A DNA stretch of 64,000 bases from Eledone cirrhosa (GCA_964016885.1 OZ024743.1:103850001-103914000), one strand, 5' to 3'; numbered from the stretch's first letter, positions 1 through 13,824 are shown. The notes: generated by a model not told the origin, from the letters alone. Numbers and translations are program-made.

Positions 1-763
1 CTAGCAGAAGTACCGGGTGTAAGTCGACCTTTGCTCTGTTGTTAAAATGTGTGAAAGTTACTTCCCGCGCATCACAGGTGCAAAAACATTCGAACCTCAA
101 GGGAAAAAAACAGAGGTTAGTAGACGCAGGTGTGTAATTGAGCATAAATAATTGTTTCTACTTTAGGCACAAGGCCAGCAATTACCCAGTTCATTACTGG
201 TAAATTGAGCATAAATAATGGATCAATTGTAGATTCACAGTCTATCGTTGAAATTGTTCTTTGCACGACTGACGGAAGTCAAATTCACTTGAAATTGAAT
301 TTTCAGTTGATTTTTAAAGCAGAGTGAAAAAGTCGATATTTCACAGTTTTTTTCTTTTTACAATTTTCGCGCTCACGTGTGCAGAAGAAGAAATAAAAGG
401 GACTTTATCTGAACCGCGGCATAATGGCGAGTCTTTTGCGACAGTTTTCAAGAAAATCGGACGTTCCTGTAAAAAGTTTTCCCATGTGCAACTTTGCCTT
501 GTTTTTTGCGCAAAGTCGAACCCCCGCTTCAGTTTTATTGATTTTTTACATGAACGCGTGACCTCTGAAGTAGATTTGAGTAGCTAAAAACCTGTCCCGG
601 TAAATTTGCTATAGGTGAAAAAAGGTTGATCAAAATTGTGTCTAGGGTTATTGCCCTTTGCAACAGCCTCAACGTGTCTTCAAGTATGGTTTGTTAATTT
701 GTTATGGAACTAAATCGACTTTCGTCAAATCGGACCGAGGAAACAATGTTTCCATTTGTCTTT

Positions 764-3582
764 CTAGCTGGTGTACCCGGTTTCACTCGGGGTTATAAGG
801 CGCTGGATTTAAACGGGTCTGCGCTAAATTCCAGCAGGATGCTTTAACCGAAATAAATGAAGAACAAACGTTTCTTTTTGTGCTCCAATCTGTGATATTG
901 GTATTTTGAAAAAAATAGTCCACAAACATCCATGGAGCATGTGTAACGCATGTATCAGGTTATGAGAAAAAGGGTTTTCGATTCTCCATTCATAAAATTG
1001 CACGCAAATAAACCGGGATTTTAAGGCACTGCCCAATTCATAGCTGAAAGGTAAGAATCAAGTGGAATAATGTTTTGCGACATTGTCAAATGTACAACCG
1101 TACAAAAGCAAAGGATATAGCCATTGAAACCTAGGTAGACCAAAGAATTTGTGGGGTTGTATATCAGAGGATTGTTTTCATTGTGATTCGTGTCTAGCCT
1201 ACAAAGTGAAGTTAGATGATTGTAGTCGGTGTTGTATCAATAAAAAATAAAAGCATACGGAAGACTGAACACTTACGAATTAAGTGAAAATCACGTTGAT
1301 ATTCCTATCGGAGCAACATGTGCCGAAAAACCTGACGCACTGTTGTGTCAATATTGAAATCGTAGAAATTGCGAATCCCGACCTCTAAGATGTAATGGAT
1401 AGGCCTTGGAGGTGAAGAGGAAGAATTAGTATAATTGTTTTGCTGAACATGTTGACCATTAATTTAAATAGACTTACGCAGCATCATCGTGCGGTTTTGT
1501 TGTTTATGGCCTAGAATGAGGGCCGGTTAAACGCGGCAGAGAAATAAGCCATGCTGATGATGTTTAGGGGCGTCTCAGGGAGTAGATGCGGCGTTGTGAG
1601 TCAATTGTGAGGACAGTGGAAAGCACGCTGATAGCTTGAGGCAAGGAAGAGGGCAGGGGTGGACGGTGGCAAGGATGCCGCATGGTGAACCATGGCAGTC
1701 TTGAAGGAGCACTGCGAGCAGGCAAAAGAAAGGGCCGAGGAGGGGATGGCGGCTGACAGAGCATTGATGCGGCATGGTGATGCATGACGATGGAGTGGGA
1801 CGACGGCGTGCAGGGAACGAAGAGGGCAGGAGTTGACGGTGGCAGGGATGCGACTTGGTCCCTCAAGACTGCCATGCCTAGGCAGGGGAAAGGGTCGGGG
1901 AGTGGATGGCGGCTGACAGGGCAGGGATGCAACATGATGAGGCATGACGAAAGGGTAGGGTGCATGAGGGCTGAAAGGGCGTGGATGCGGCATGCCAATT
2001 GAGTTGCACCTCGGGAATGTAGAGAGCACCGAGGGGCATGATGATTGTTTGAGAAAACCGGGTGCAAGGCAGGATGTTTATCGGCCATACATGATCGGTA
2101 GGCTTTGGAGGAGAAAGGATGAATGTTTGTTTAATTTTGTTAAATATGGTCAAAATGAATGTAAAAAGACTTACACAGGATCGTCTTCATGTTCGGTGCT
2201 GTCTTTGGTCTGAGATAATTGGCGGTTATGTGCGGCGCAGGAATAAACCATACTGATGACATTTGAACAAGTTTCTGACAGGGCAGGAATGCCACATGGT
2301 GAGCCATGGCAGTCGTGAGGGACTAAGGCGTGCGGGCAAGGGAGAGGGCAGGATGCGGCTTGGTTAAGCATGGCAGTCTTGAAGGAGCACGGCGGGCAGG
2401 CAAAATAAAAGGCTAAGGAGGGGATGGCGGCTGACAGATCATGGATGCGGCATGGTGAGGCATAACGATGCAGTGGGTCGACGGCGTGCAGGGAAGAGAA
2501 ATGGCCGGGATTGGCGGTTGCAGGGATTCCGCATGGTGAGCCATGGCACTCGTGAAGGACCAAGGCGTGCGGGTAAGGGAGAGGGAAGGGGAGGGCATGG
2601 CGGCTGACAGAGCACGGATGCGGCATGGTGAGGCATGACGATGCAGTGGGACGACAGCGTGCAGGGAAGGGAGAGGGAGGGACTTGATGGTGGCAGGGAT
2701 GCGACTTGGTTAGGCATGGCAGTCTTGAAGGAGCACGGCGGGCAGGCAAAAGAAAGGGCTGAGGAGGGGATGGTGGCCGACAGGGCAGTAATGTGGCATA
2801 ATGAAGCATGACGAATCAGTGGGACGACGGCGTGCAGGAAAGGGAGAGGGCAGGGGTTGACGGTGGCAGGGATTCGGCATGTTGAGTTGTGGCAGTCCTT
2901 AGGGGCCACGGAGGGCAGGCAATGGAAAGGACCGGGGAATGAATTGCGGCTGACAAAGCAGAGATGCGCATGGTGGTGCACAACGATGCAGTGGGTCGAC
3001 GGCGTGCAGGGAAGGGAGAGGGCAGGGGTTGACTGATGCCTCATTATGCTACGGTAGTGGGACCACGGGAATGAAGAGAGCGCATGGAGGCTCGATGATC
3101 ACTTGAGAAGACTGAGCGCAATACAGGATGATGCGCGGCGGTATAGTCTTGATAGTCCTTATATAAGAAATGGAAGAATCGGCATAAAAGGTTTGCTGAA
3201 TATGGTGAGCGTTAATTTAAAGAGACTTGCGGTGGATAATCCTGATAGATTGAACGTCTTTTGCATGGAGGGAGTCGCGACAAATGGAAGCAAGAAGAAT
3301 AGCGTTTTTCGGTTTTTCGGTTGAAAATTTCCAGTACCCCACGTTCATACCCGGATCAAAATACACACTTGCGTCGAGTTTCATCGAAATCGGACGATTT
3401 TTTAAAATATCGATTTTGGGCTTCTGGGGGCCCGATTACCGATTTTTCAAGTAACCTATTCCAATCTACGGGTTGAGTTTTATATATGTGTCAAGTTTCA
3501 TGAAAATCGGATGAACGGTGTAGCCTGCAAGTTCGGGACAACAAACAAACAAACAACGCCCAACTTCACTTTATATATAAGA
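764..3582 (-). mobile_element. Non-autonomous Helitron carrying an internal GC-rich tandem array
   Basis: On the minus strand the 5' end reads TCTTATATATAAAGTG (3582 downward). The 3' end reads CCCGAGTGAAACCGGG hairpin + TACACCAG + CTAG (764-767). These are the canonical Helitron TC...hairpin-CTAG termini. The flanking base at 763 is T rather than A. Confidence 0.75.
1600..3050. repeat. GC-rich degenerate tandem repeat, ~80-92 bp monomers with alternating subtypes
   Basis: The anchor GATGCGGCATGGTGA recurs at about 1675, 1767, 1847, 1926, 2352, 2444, 2525, 2617, 2698, 2790, 2871 and 2964. The Pro/His/Cys-rich ORFs here are translations of the repeat. Confidence 0.85.
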
Positions 3583-3932
3583 CTAACTGACGTACCCAGC
3601 TTCGCCCGGGTAAACAGATAATAAGAGAAGACAGGTAAAAGAGAAAATGACTTTATTGAATGGTTACAGTATGAGGCGAGTCCGTGGTGTCTGTGTGATA
3701 CAAAAAACAATAAAAAAATCTTCCAGATATACCAGATTCTTCGTTGTACCGTTTGTGCATAGTATATGAACAATTCTAGGTGCTCCCACCTAGAATAATG
3801 ACCTCTACGAGATGGTTTATCTTCTGTTTGACTGTAAAACGTGTATCATTGCATAGACGTGGTTGTTCCACGTTTCTCAAAAGGATGATGGAAGTTCCAA
3901 TCTTTTATATTATATGTAGATATAGATATAGA
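3583..3932 (-). mobile_element. Short non-autonomous Helitron, or the 3' terminator module of the adjacent RepHel element
   Basis: The 3' end on minus reads CCCGGGCGAAGCTGGG hairpin + TACGTCAG + TTAG (variant CTAG, 3583-3586). A candidate 5' end TCTATATCTATATCTAC lies at 3932. Confidence 0.6.
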
Positions 3933-4309
3933 TAATTAATATAAAAGATGTCCGTCAATGTAAAAAAGGTCCCTATTTACTTGAAATGGTTTATACAAAT
4001 GCTAAATTAATATGGATATGGATAACATGCTTATCTATAAATGGTCAGCTATAATAATAAAACAACAAATTATATGACACAAAAATGTATTCAGTAATTT
4101 CCAGGCTCTTAGCCACTGAGTAATAGACAGTCAATATTGCCCAGAGTTCAACTCGGGGAGGTTTGAACTTCAAATGGCGGATCCTTCTACTTCGAAAATA
4201 GAATCGTTTTTCAATATTACTCTAGCCCTGGCCGGCCATAGGATCCAACCTTTTTGCCAGACTCAGCATATGATGAGGTTTTATTGCCACCGCAATCAGA
4301 AGCGATAAA

Positions 4310-4643
4310 TTTGAAGGCAATTTCTACCAATACTTGTTGGTTTTTATTGCTCATTATCGACAATAAATGACATTGAACAGAAATGATAACTCTGCCAAAG
4401 CTCACAATACTGATCAAAGGACACCAATGTCTGAATCATTTACATCGAATATTCATAGCAGTGAAGGCAATTTCTACCAATACTTGTCGGTATTTATTGC
4501 GCAACATAACAGTGAAAGCAATTTTTACCAATACTTGTTTGTTTTTATTGCTCATAACGACATTAAATGACATTGAACATAAATGATAAATCTGTCAAAG
4601 CTCACAATACTGATCAAAGGACACCGATGTCCGAATCATTTAC
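4310..4643. repeat. ~200-bp tandem duplication downstream of the RepHel stop
   Basis: GAAGGCAATTTCTACCAATACTTG...AAAGCTCACAATACTGATCAAAGGACACC...GAATCATTTAC occurs twice, with a partial third copy of the first block. Confidence 0.85.
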
Positions 4644-4677
4644 GTCGCTTATTGATAGCATTAAAAATATGCATACA

Positions 4678-7600
4678 TCAGCTCAAAGCTTCATTATAGA
4701 CAATATTCAGGGTTGTTCCTCTGTTAGTGGTATCAATTGCAAATTTTATACCATCAGGATCGCACACTCGAGATGCAGCAACATACAGTTGCCCATGGCT
4801 GACTGCTGGATCATTCAAGTAGACACCGACTCGCTTGAAAGTCTGTCCCTGTGCCCTGTTGACAGTCATGGAGAAGGCCTAATTGGCGGGAAACTGTCTC
4901 CTTTGCCAAATGAATGGCAGCAGATTTTCACTTGGTCTCAGCATGATCCTCGGAATGAGAACCGATTCCTCTCTGCCTGGGAGTTTAGCTTCTAAAACTC
5001 TTCCGTCTCAACAATCAATCTGGTACCATTGCAAAGACCCATTTTATGATTGATATTTCTCAGCAATATAATCGGCATACCCTTTTTCAACCTCAAAATA
5101 TGTGGGGGAAATCCGGGTATTTGAAGTGAATTCAGATACTCAGTCGGAACATCCATATTGTTCTGCTGATTAGGCTCCATTGCATCCGCACTGACGGTAT
5201 ACCATTCCTCTCCAGGAAACATTCCGGCTACTTGTGAATTTATTTCATCGACCGTTGCATTCGTATGAGTTAGAATAACGCATTACGATATCCAGGAGAT
5301 ATTCTGCCAAAAAGCATTCAAATTAGGGAACACCCAGTCAATCAATGCTTGGCGGTCCAGTGGCATAACCAAATGGTCTGGGATTCTTACAGTCTGATTA
5401 TCACCAGCGTGTGGCAATTCATCGTTTCCCAACTGCATCAACCATCGGCCGTATGTCTCAGCCTCTTCGTTTTGCCCGAATATACGAAGTCGCATATTAT
5501 CATGTAATCGCAAAACTCTGAAATGGAGCCACAACGGGGACTTTTTCAGACATGCATCGACAATTTGCGCTCTTTGAGCATTCCTAACAATTGGTAGCAC
5601 CTGTCTGAAATCGCCACCAAGAACGATAGTCTTACCCCCGAATGGCAGGTCACTACCGCAGATATCTCTCAAAGTTCTGTCCAATGCCTCCAGCAAATAT
5701 CTGTGTGCCATTGGAGCCTCGTCCCAAATAATCAGAGACGTATTGCGTATAAGGCCCGCGAGTTCACTTTGTCCTGTAATGTTACAGACACTCAACTCAT
5801 CCGGAGCCAATGGAGCCTTGAAGCATGAGTGGAAGGTCCTTCCACCACTCAGCAAAGTGCCAGCGATCCCACTGGTGGCCACAGGGAGAGCAATCTTCCT
5901 CTGAGCTCTGACTGCCGATAACATAGTGTTGACAGAATGTCTTTCCCGTGCCTCCTGGAGCATCTATGAAAGCACAAAGTTGCTCATTAGTGGAAATCGA
6001 GTGGAGAACGCCATCAACCAATTCTCTCTGAGATTGGGTCAACATTGGCATACGTCCATCCACAATACATTGCTGTTCCAGTGGATCAAACTGGAATAGT
6101 CCCTCCGATCGAGTGGCAACCGTCTAAGCTGCAATCTCATGTTCAATGCTAAGACACGTTGCCGTATTTCTTCATCAGGAATTGGCAAATTGAAATATGT
6201 TAAACATTTGAAATGAACTTCAAGCAGTTACTCAATATTGAGCAAAACAATAGCTTTCATCAAATTTTCATCATCGACCTGAAGATGATGCCTAAAATCA
6301 TCAGCCATAATTCCCCAATGGCGTTCAAATAACTCTCTTGGGTCGGCAGGATTGCAGAATCCTAGAATCGTGACAAACAACTGCGTTATTTGAGCTGGCA
6401 TCTGTGTTGTTCCTGCAGCTTCCGTGGCGTTATTCCATTCAGCGTCATCTTGAAGGAGTCCCAGATGCTGACATACAGCCTGGTATGTTTTATATTCCAC
6501 GCCATTGATTGTTTTCAAATCAGGAAAGCTCTGTTTACCTCTCGAAAAATCATTATGCAGCAGAATTCGGAGATAAAACACATCACCAGGTGCTGGATGG
6601 ACATTACAAACCCGTCCAATAGTCATGAATCTCAACTTTTGTTTTCTATCATTCCATTTCTTTCCCTTCTTATCCCACGTATAGTGCGAAGGGAAATCGC
6701 AGTAGAGTTGCCTTTGATCCGGGTTCAAAGCATGTTCCCTATAATGCTTGAAGCCCTCAGTCAATTCTGTCTTAGGAGGTGGTGCGTTAGCAATTCTTTC
6801 GACACCTTTTCTAGTGTCCTGAAAACAGACCATTTGCCTATTCTCTAAGTGAACCGTCAGTTTCTGAACGTTGGGTTTGCGTTCATTGAGATCAAAATCG
6901 AACAATCTCCAGCAAGCTTCGCTAGATCCAATCGAGCGAACATCCTGGAACCTGCCAACTTCATCTCCTTGGTTCGCTTCCTCATTCCTGACATTGATCA
7001 TTGTCCGATCATGACCTTTGTAAACATATTTGAATAGATATTTGCAAGCTTTCACTGAGCTACAAATTTCCACATTAATATGACAACGATATTTCATAAT
7101 CAAATATGGATTGTATGGCAAACCCATTGATTTGTAACCTGTCGACCGTTTACATTTTCGACCAAACCGCCATCGGCAGGCGACCGTCTTCTGTATGAGG
7201 GATGAGTATCTCCATCGTTCCAGGAAGTGTTCGTGACAAAATATTTCGGAAAGTGCTTACTGCATTGGCCATTTTTCATGCAAAGCGCTTTCCGATTTGC
7301 CACTCCGCATTGGTTGTGCACCATTGACTTTGCCACCAAGTTGCGTAGTGCCTCATTCTCCGACAGTTCAGCACACACAATGCTGTCGACATCCTCAGCA
7401 CATCTCAATTTTCAATCTCTATGTAAAATGATCAGTAAATGTGCATGTGGCAATCCTCTTTTTTGGAATTCAATTACGTATGTAAAAGCAACTATACCTC
7501 CAAAGATTCTCTCTTTTTCCACATCATCCATTATCTTTTTCAGATATCCTTTGAATACTCTTACCACAATATCCGGACGGTCATTTGGCTGTTGTCCTGG

Positions 7601-9225
7601 CAAAAGTGCATCCTTAATATCAGTCCATTCAGGATTGCATGTAACCGTTATAAACAAATCTGGCTTTCCAAACTTTCTGACAATAGCCATTGCATCCTGA
7701 TAGTGAATGTTCATATATCTCGGGCCGTCGATGAACGACGATGGCAAAATGATGCGTCGACCAATTTGCTTGTAATTGGCATCATCGGCTGTTATCGCAT
7801 CCTGTATATTATTATACAATTCAGCTCTGATATGTTGCTGATGTGTAGCTATATAATTTAGCCTTTTATTTTCGATCTTTGCGAATGCCATACAACAGTA
7901 TTCCTGGAACAATCTGCTGGCTTGAAATAGCGAATTTCTCTGTTGATTCCTCTCGTTCAAATGGAACGCGTAAAAGTCGCGAATCGAATTATTGTGTCTA
8001 TTGCCGCCTCCCTGTTGATGCTGATTCTCATGATCATCTAAATGAACAGACATGTCCCATCCATTTTCACCTTTTGGGAATAAAAGAACATAATGCAATG
8101 GATCGTATGCCCTATTTGACTCATTGATAGTCTTGAGACCACCATCTCTGCGATTGAGGACGATATCTCTCGATCCAGGCTTATCGTCCATCAACACAGC
8201 AACTTCACGAAATCCTTCAGGGGCATTATATCGCCGTTCGTGTTGATTCCTTGGCACTGCGTCAGCCTTAATCACCAATGTTTGCTGCTGAACATTTTGC
8301 AGTTCAGCCACCAACATGAAATCCATAACATAAGGATTACACTGTCTAAGCCATGATTGCAAATCACGGATCAAATTACTTAACCTTTGCCGTTCAAGTT
8401 CAGTTATATTTCCCGGCAACTTCATCCAACCGATCCTCATATCCTCCTCCGATTCACTATAATCTGGATCGTTAACGTAAATTTGAGCGAATCGAGGCCT
8501 CTCTCCTGGGGTAACTTCTAAATTACCGATACAATTATACAAACGGTTGCCATGCTCCACTCTCAAACATCTCACTAACTCTCTGCGATACTAAAGCTAG
8601 TTAATTTGCCGCGAATATTTGCGCAGTAATCTACCTCGGTCTCCTTGATCACCCCACATACTTAGTATTTTAAACTCCGGTGACTCATCATCGGCATTCG
8701 CAAGGGTTCTAGTTGAACTGCCCCTTTATGACAGCACATTGTGGTCCACGTCTTTTCGTGCCTCCAATGTGGACACTCTGCTCGTCCACCAATCTGAAAA
8801 TGACACGGTTGCCATGATCCATTTTTAATATCATTCGTTCGCCTTCTGGCCTCTTTACTGGAATGAGGAGCACTTTGGCGACACATTCTCTGAACTTCTG
8901 TATTGCGCTGGCGCTGTTCAGCCAGCTCCTCTTCATCCATCGCAGCACGCCGTTGCTGCTGAATTCTGGCCATCTGCTGATGATGCTCAGCCAGTTCGTC
9001 TTCAACCATCGCAGCACGCCGTCGCTGCTTGGCTCCAGTGTTTCGTTGGCGTTGTTCAGCCAGCTTCTCTTCATTCATGGCGGCACGTCTTCGCCTCTGA
9101 AGTTCGGCGTTCCGATGGCGCTGTTCGGCCCGTTTTTCTTCATTGCTGGCTGCACGCCGTCGCCGCTGTAGTTCACTGTTTGATAAAGTCGAATTGCTTT
9201 TATTATCAGTATTCATGTTGAGCAA
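4678..9225 (-). pseudogene. Helitron Rep-helicase (RepHel), disrupted by stops and frameshifts
   Basis: Collinear ORF pieces: N-terminal R/Q-rich repeats (8662-9225), helitron-like N domain with HUH motif VIEFQKRGLPHAHLLI (7412-8575), Y2 motif KYLFKYVYKG (6228-7127), and Pif1 helicase motifs DAPGGTGKTF, IIWDEAPM, LGGDFRQVLP, GLCNGTRL, RAQGQT, HGQLYVAASRV. Confidence 0.95.
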
Positions 9226-9248
9226 TTGTCAACAAATGACACAATAAT

Positions 9249-9404
9249 TGTTTCTACTTTAGGCACAAGGCCAGCAATTACCCAGTGCATTACTGGTACT
9301 TTATTTTATCGACCCCGTAAGGATGAAAGGCAAAGTCAACCTCGGCGGGATTTGAACTCAGATCGTAAAGGGACGTAACTATGCTGGCGTCCGACCCTCT
9401 ACCG
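9249..9404 (-). mobile_element. tRNA-derived SINE (abundant family A)
   Basis: B-box-like GAGTTCAAATCCC on minus. The body GGATGAAAGGCAAAGTCAACCTCGGCGGG is shared with about 10 copies in the window. 11-bp TSD GACACAATAAT (9238-9248 / 9405-9415). Confidence 0.9.
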
Positions 9405-9854
9405 GACACAATAATAAATATAAAAGATGTCTGTCAATGTAAAGAAAGGTCCCTATTTACTCCCTTCACAACTCTGTATGTTAGATTGACAGACAAGCAC
9501 ACAGACAGATAAACTGCGTGGCGATTGTGGAACGCCACAGACATACACGCATGGAAACGCGCACACGCACGGAAACTTACACACGCACACACTCACACAT
9601 GTTGATAGTTTTTACTTTCTGTGGAACGCTGCACGCACGCACACACACATAAACATACGCGCACGTACATACACACGCACACATGTTAATAGTTATTGAA
9701 CACAGCGTTCACACTCTCCCCTCTCACTCCCTCATTGGCATTATGCATATTAATTTCAGTTTGGCGTCGTTGAGGTGGGCGGAGTCGTTTGAAACCTATG
9801 AACCAATGATAATCGAGAATTATGACACACGGAATACTGACGTTCTTCAAATTA

Positions 9855-9896
<42 letters not shown>

Positions 9897-10171
9897 GATA
9901 ACAAATTATCGTTATAGGTAATCCAGTTAGCGGTTGTGAGTACTCTGTATTATGGATAGTTTTAACGTACGGCGTTGTTTGACTCAACAAGAGGTTTCCT
10001 TAGTTAGGTGGCGAGTTCACGGGAATTCCTATGCAGGTTAATCTTGGAGTAATAATAGTGTAAGAGTGAAGAAACATGGAATATACACTCGGTATGACAC
10101 AGCGTACTAATGACTTCATCTGTCGAATCCGATGGAAGTCATATCATTACGATAAAGGATATACTAATAAC

Positions 10172-10357
10172 TGTTTCTACTTTAGGCACAAGGCCAGCAA
10201 TCACCCAGTGCATTACTGGTACTTTATTTTAACCGACCCCGTAAGGATGAAAGGCAAAGTCAACCTCGGCGGGATTTGAACTCAGATCGTAAAGGGACGT
10301 AACTATGCTGGAAAGCATGGTGTCTGACCCTCTACCGATACTGCCAATCCACCGCCC
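10172..10357 (-). mobile_element. SINE family A inserted into a Penelope-like ORF
   Basis: Full-length copy with a 19-bp TSD TAAAGGATATACTAATAAC (10153-10171 / 10358-10376). Confidence 0.92.
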
Positions 10358-12555
10358 TAAAGGATATACTAATAACACTGAGGAATTTACAAATGAAAAA
10401 TACGTGTTCAAATCGTGCAAAAATCCACCGATAAACCCCCAGCTTGATGCCTTCGAACTCGACCTCATGAATATGATAAACGGAACCAAATTCAAAAAAC
10501 GGACACGTTACAACAAACTGCAAAACGACATCAATGCACTACTAAAAAAACTACGTAACACCAACGGTATTATAGTAAAAGCGGACAAAACATCAAACGT
10601 ATACACCATGAGCCTTAACACATACAATAACTTTATACGCCGTGAATTACACAAAAAATACAGGAAAACTACAGAATCTATACTCACTAGCATTAATAAG
10701 GAAGGACTTAGCATAGTAAATAAACTGAAAATATCTTATAGAACCGAGACTCTTACCCCTTGTAACCCCACATTTAATCTAAAAGATCATAAAAATAACT
10801 TCGAAACTGACCCTACTATTAGATTATTATGCCCATCGAAATCGGATATAGAGAGAATAATAGCACAAATTAAAGACAAACTAATAATTAAGCTATGGGG
10901 TAATACTAACGAAGCAATAGAGAATAAAGAAACATCCGACTTCATACAGTTTGACATCCATTTCCCCGGTCACCCTAAATAAGGTACTAACTTTTGCACA
11001 AAAAAACTAGGACCTATCCTCTGATGAAATTAGAATAATACTAGCTGCTAGGAGAACTATCATTAGGTTCGATAATAGTTACTGGGAAAGAAAAAACAGA
11101 CAGAATAGCTTCGATATCACTATGGGATCTAGCGACTCAGCTCAAGTAACAGACATAGTTGGAATATATATAGCGCATAACTTATTTAATAACCTCCAAG
11201 GAAGAATTTATAGAGAAGATACACTCCTTTTAGCTAAAAACTTAAATAATCAAAACTTGGAAAGATTACGTAAAAACATTAGAATCTTCTTCAATAAACT
11301 AGGCTTAAGCATCACTTTCGAACTTAACTCTAAAAATGCTAACTTCTTAGATGTAACACTCAACCTAAACACAGTACTAATAGAGCCCTTCCATAAAAAT
11401 AACGGAAATCTAGCCTACATTAGTTATAACTCAAACCACCCTCGCTCCATAATTAACACCATAGCACATAGTGTATCCCTCAGAATCTCACGCTTATCTT
11501 CTAACCTAGAGATTTTTAATGAACACGCGAACTACTATAACATGGCTTTACTTAAGGCAGGCCACAAGGAGAGGCTCAAATACGTATCAGATAGAGACAA
11601 CAACAACACACCTAACGACAGCAACACCACCCACACCTATAGAAATAACAAATATAGGAATAAACATAGAAATAGACAACGAGCACCAGAAATAACTGAA
11701 CCGAATACTAATATAAGAACCCCTAGGAACTATAAAAAATCCAGAGATGGGAAATACTTATGGTTCAATCCAATATTCAGCTCCTCTATAAAAACCAAAC
11801 TACCTTCTGCATTCTTTAAATTAATTGACAAGCACTTCCCTAAACTTCACAAATACCATAAAATCTTTAACAGAAAACCTATCAAACTGTCTTACTCTAC
11901 CGCAGCCAAAAGAATCACACATACATAAAATTAACTATAGAAGAATCTCTAATGAAAATAACCTACAAACACACACCATAACACCAAATACAAAACATAA
12001 ACACATAACAACATCACAACCACACACACGTCAGAATGCATCACCCCCAAAACATCAACAAACCTAAATCTCAGCCTATACATAACAACAAACAAACCGC
12101 AACGGAGAACCTGTACACAGGAAGGCCTCCAAATGTAACTGCCACTTACCGGATAAGTGCCCACTACAAAATAGATGCCTGGAATCAAATATAGTGTACC
12201 TGTGTACTATTAATTCGGGCAACTTAGCATGGCACTACATAGGTTCTACGGAGTTCAAAAAAAGATGGTATGTTCACAGACATTCTATGAAGAACCGTAG
12301 ACTGGAAAACACAACAATGCTGGCCAATAAAATCTGGTAGCTTAAGGATACAAACCAAGAATATGGGATTAGCTGGTCAAAATTATCGGGAACAAAGGCC
12401 TACAGTAATGGAATGTCCCACTGCGGACTTTGCAACATGGAGCTGTTCTATATTTTAAAGTATGACAAATGCTGCTTAACAGCAAAATAGAACGATCAAT
12501 TTTCTGTAGGCACAAAGCAGCTACTAAATTCGCAAATTTCAAACCAACATGATTC
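10358..12555 (+). mobile_element. Penelope-like retroelement (RT + GIY-YIG), degenerate
   Basis: PLE RT motifs IVKADKT, LKDHK...IRLLCPSKSDI, FIQFDI, MGSSDSAQVTDIVG, IYRED (YRDD), NFLDVTL, SNHP. GIY-YIG segment NIVYLC...HYIGST.EFKKRWYVH starts at 12188. Confidence 0.9.
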
Positions 12556-13539
12556 GATCCAGCAATCCCATAATTCAAGCTGAACTACCCAGAGTCTATT
12601 ATAATAACTACATACCAACCTATTACTAACTGTCAACGGACCAACTAATCACTAAATCAACATCATAAACCTCCTAACCTTTCTTTCACTCTTCCTCCCT
12701 AAAGCTATTTCACCTCTTCCCTTGTATCCTATCCTGTATCTCTTAACCTCTGACTTAACTTCTAATTTATTAATTTATCTTTTATATCTTATTTATCATT
12801 ATATTCTTTCTTCCTACTCTAACCATCTGTGATTTAACCAATACATATGTATATATATATTTAATATTTATTTTCATATTAATAATATTCCTACCCTCAT
12901 CACATCTTTATACTTACACACCACTATAACTTTAACTTTTTAACTTTGATTTTGAAAGTAGGTTTATAATTATTATTTTTCATTATGCTTTTGTAGTTGT
13001 CTCAGCGGCCTAGTTGGAGAAACCAGGTGCTGATCCTGGTCGGGAGTAGGGTTCCCGGTGAACCTTTCAGTATTTTTCTATGGGATGTAAAATAAAAACT
13101 GAAAAAGATTACATGTGCTTCCTGGCCAGGTTTGAACCCAGGACCACGATCTCCATCGTCTCTAGTACCTACCACTAGTCTACAAAAATCTATTGAAAAT
13201 TCATATTTATAAACTTACTTTCAAAATTTTAAAAACAAAATGATGTAGTGTCATTCATGTCTTTCTTAATGTTATTGCTCCTACTTAAGTTCGAGTTCTA
13301 AATCATTTGGGTGTTCCATAAACTACATCCTCGTTTTGTTTCTCATCTATCTAGACTATATTTTAAGCTGTAATCCATGTTTCATTTCTGTCGCACCTCA
13401 TTTCTCGCGCGCGCGCCCCCCCCCCCCTCTCTCTCTCTCTTTCTCTCTGTGATACTTGAATCTACTATGATTTGGGCTTACCTTATTCATACATATATGT
13501 TTTTGCATGTCAGTTAGATTCAAAGTTACAATGATTGGC

Positions 13540-13614
<75 letters not shown>

Positions 13615-13715
13615 ATGTGTGTGTGTGTGTAAAAGGTAAACAGATATAACAACACAATCGGTACAATATATGGAAGGAATATATTACGTTAACACTTGAA
13701 ATAGCAGGAAGAGGG

Positions 13716-13751
13716 TCTTAACGTTTCGGACGCTAGTCCTTCATCAGAAGA
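13716..13751 (-). ncRNA. Minimal type I hammerhead ribozyme motif
   Basis: Minus strand TCTT-CTGATGA-A-GGAC-TAGC-GTCC-GAAACGTT-AAGA has an intact core, a 4-bp stem II, a palindromic AACGTT stem III and stem I TCTT/AAGA. Confidence 0.75.
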
Positions 13752-13824
13752 AAGAACGAGAAAGAAGATAGATGGAAGGGACGGGCGGGTTGGAATTGGA
13801 AAAATGTCTTTAGATAAAAATAAT

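Noticed and set aside
1564-3044. Pro/His/Cys-rich ORFs up to 212 aa
   Set aside because: Overlapping frames of a GC-rich tandem repeat with no consistent frame or domain.
1600-3050. Possible CRISPR-like array
   Set aside because: Repeats are degenerate, the intervening segments are themselves homologous, the context is eukaryotic and there are no cas genes.
4221-4242. CTAG next to the palindrome TGGCCGGCCA as an extra Helitron 3' end
   Set aside because: Spacing and sequence differ from the other termini in the window, so it cannot be supported.
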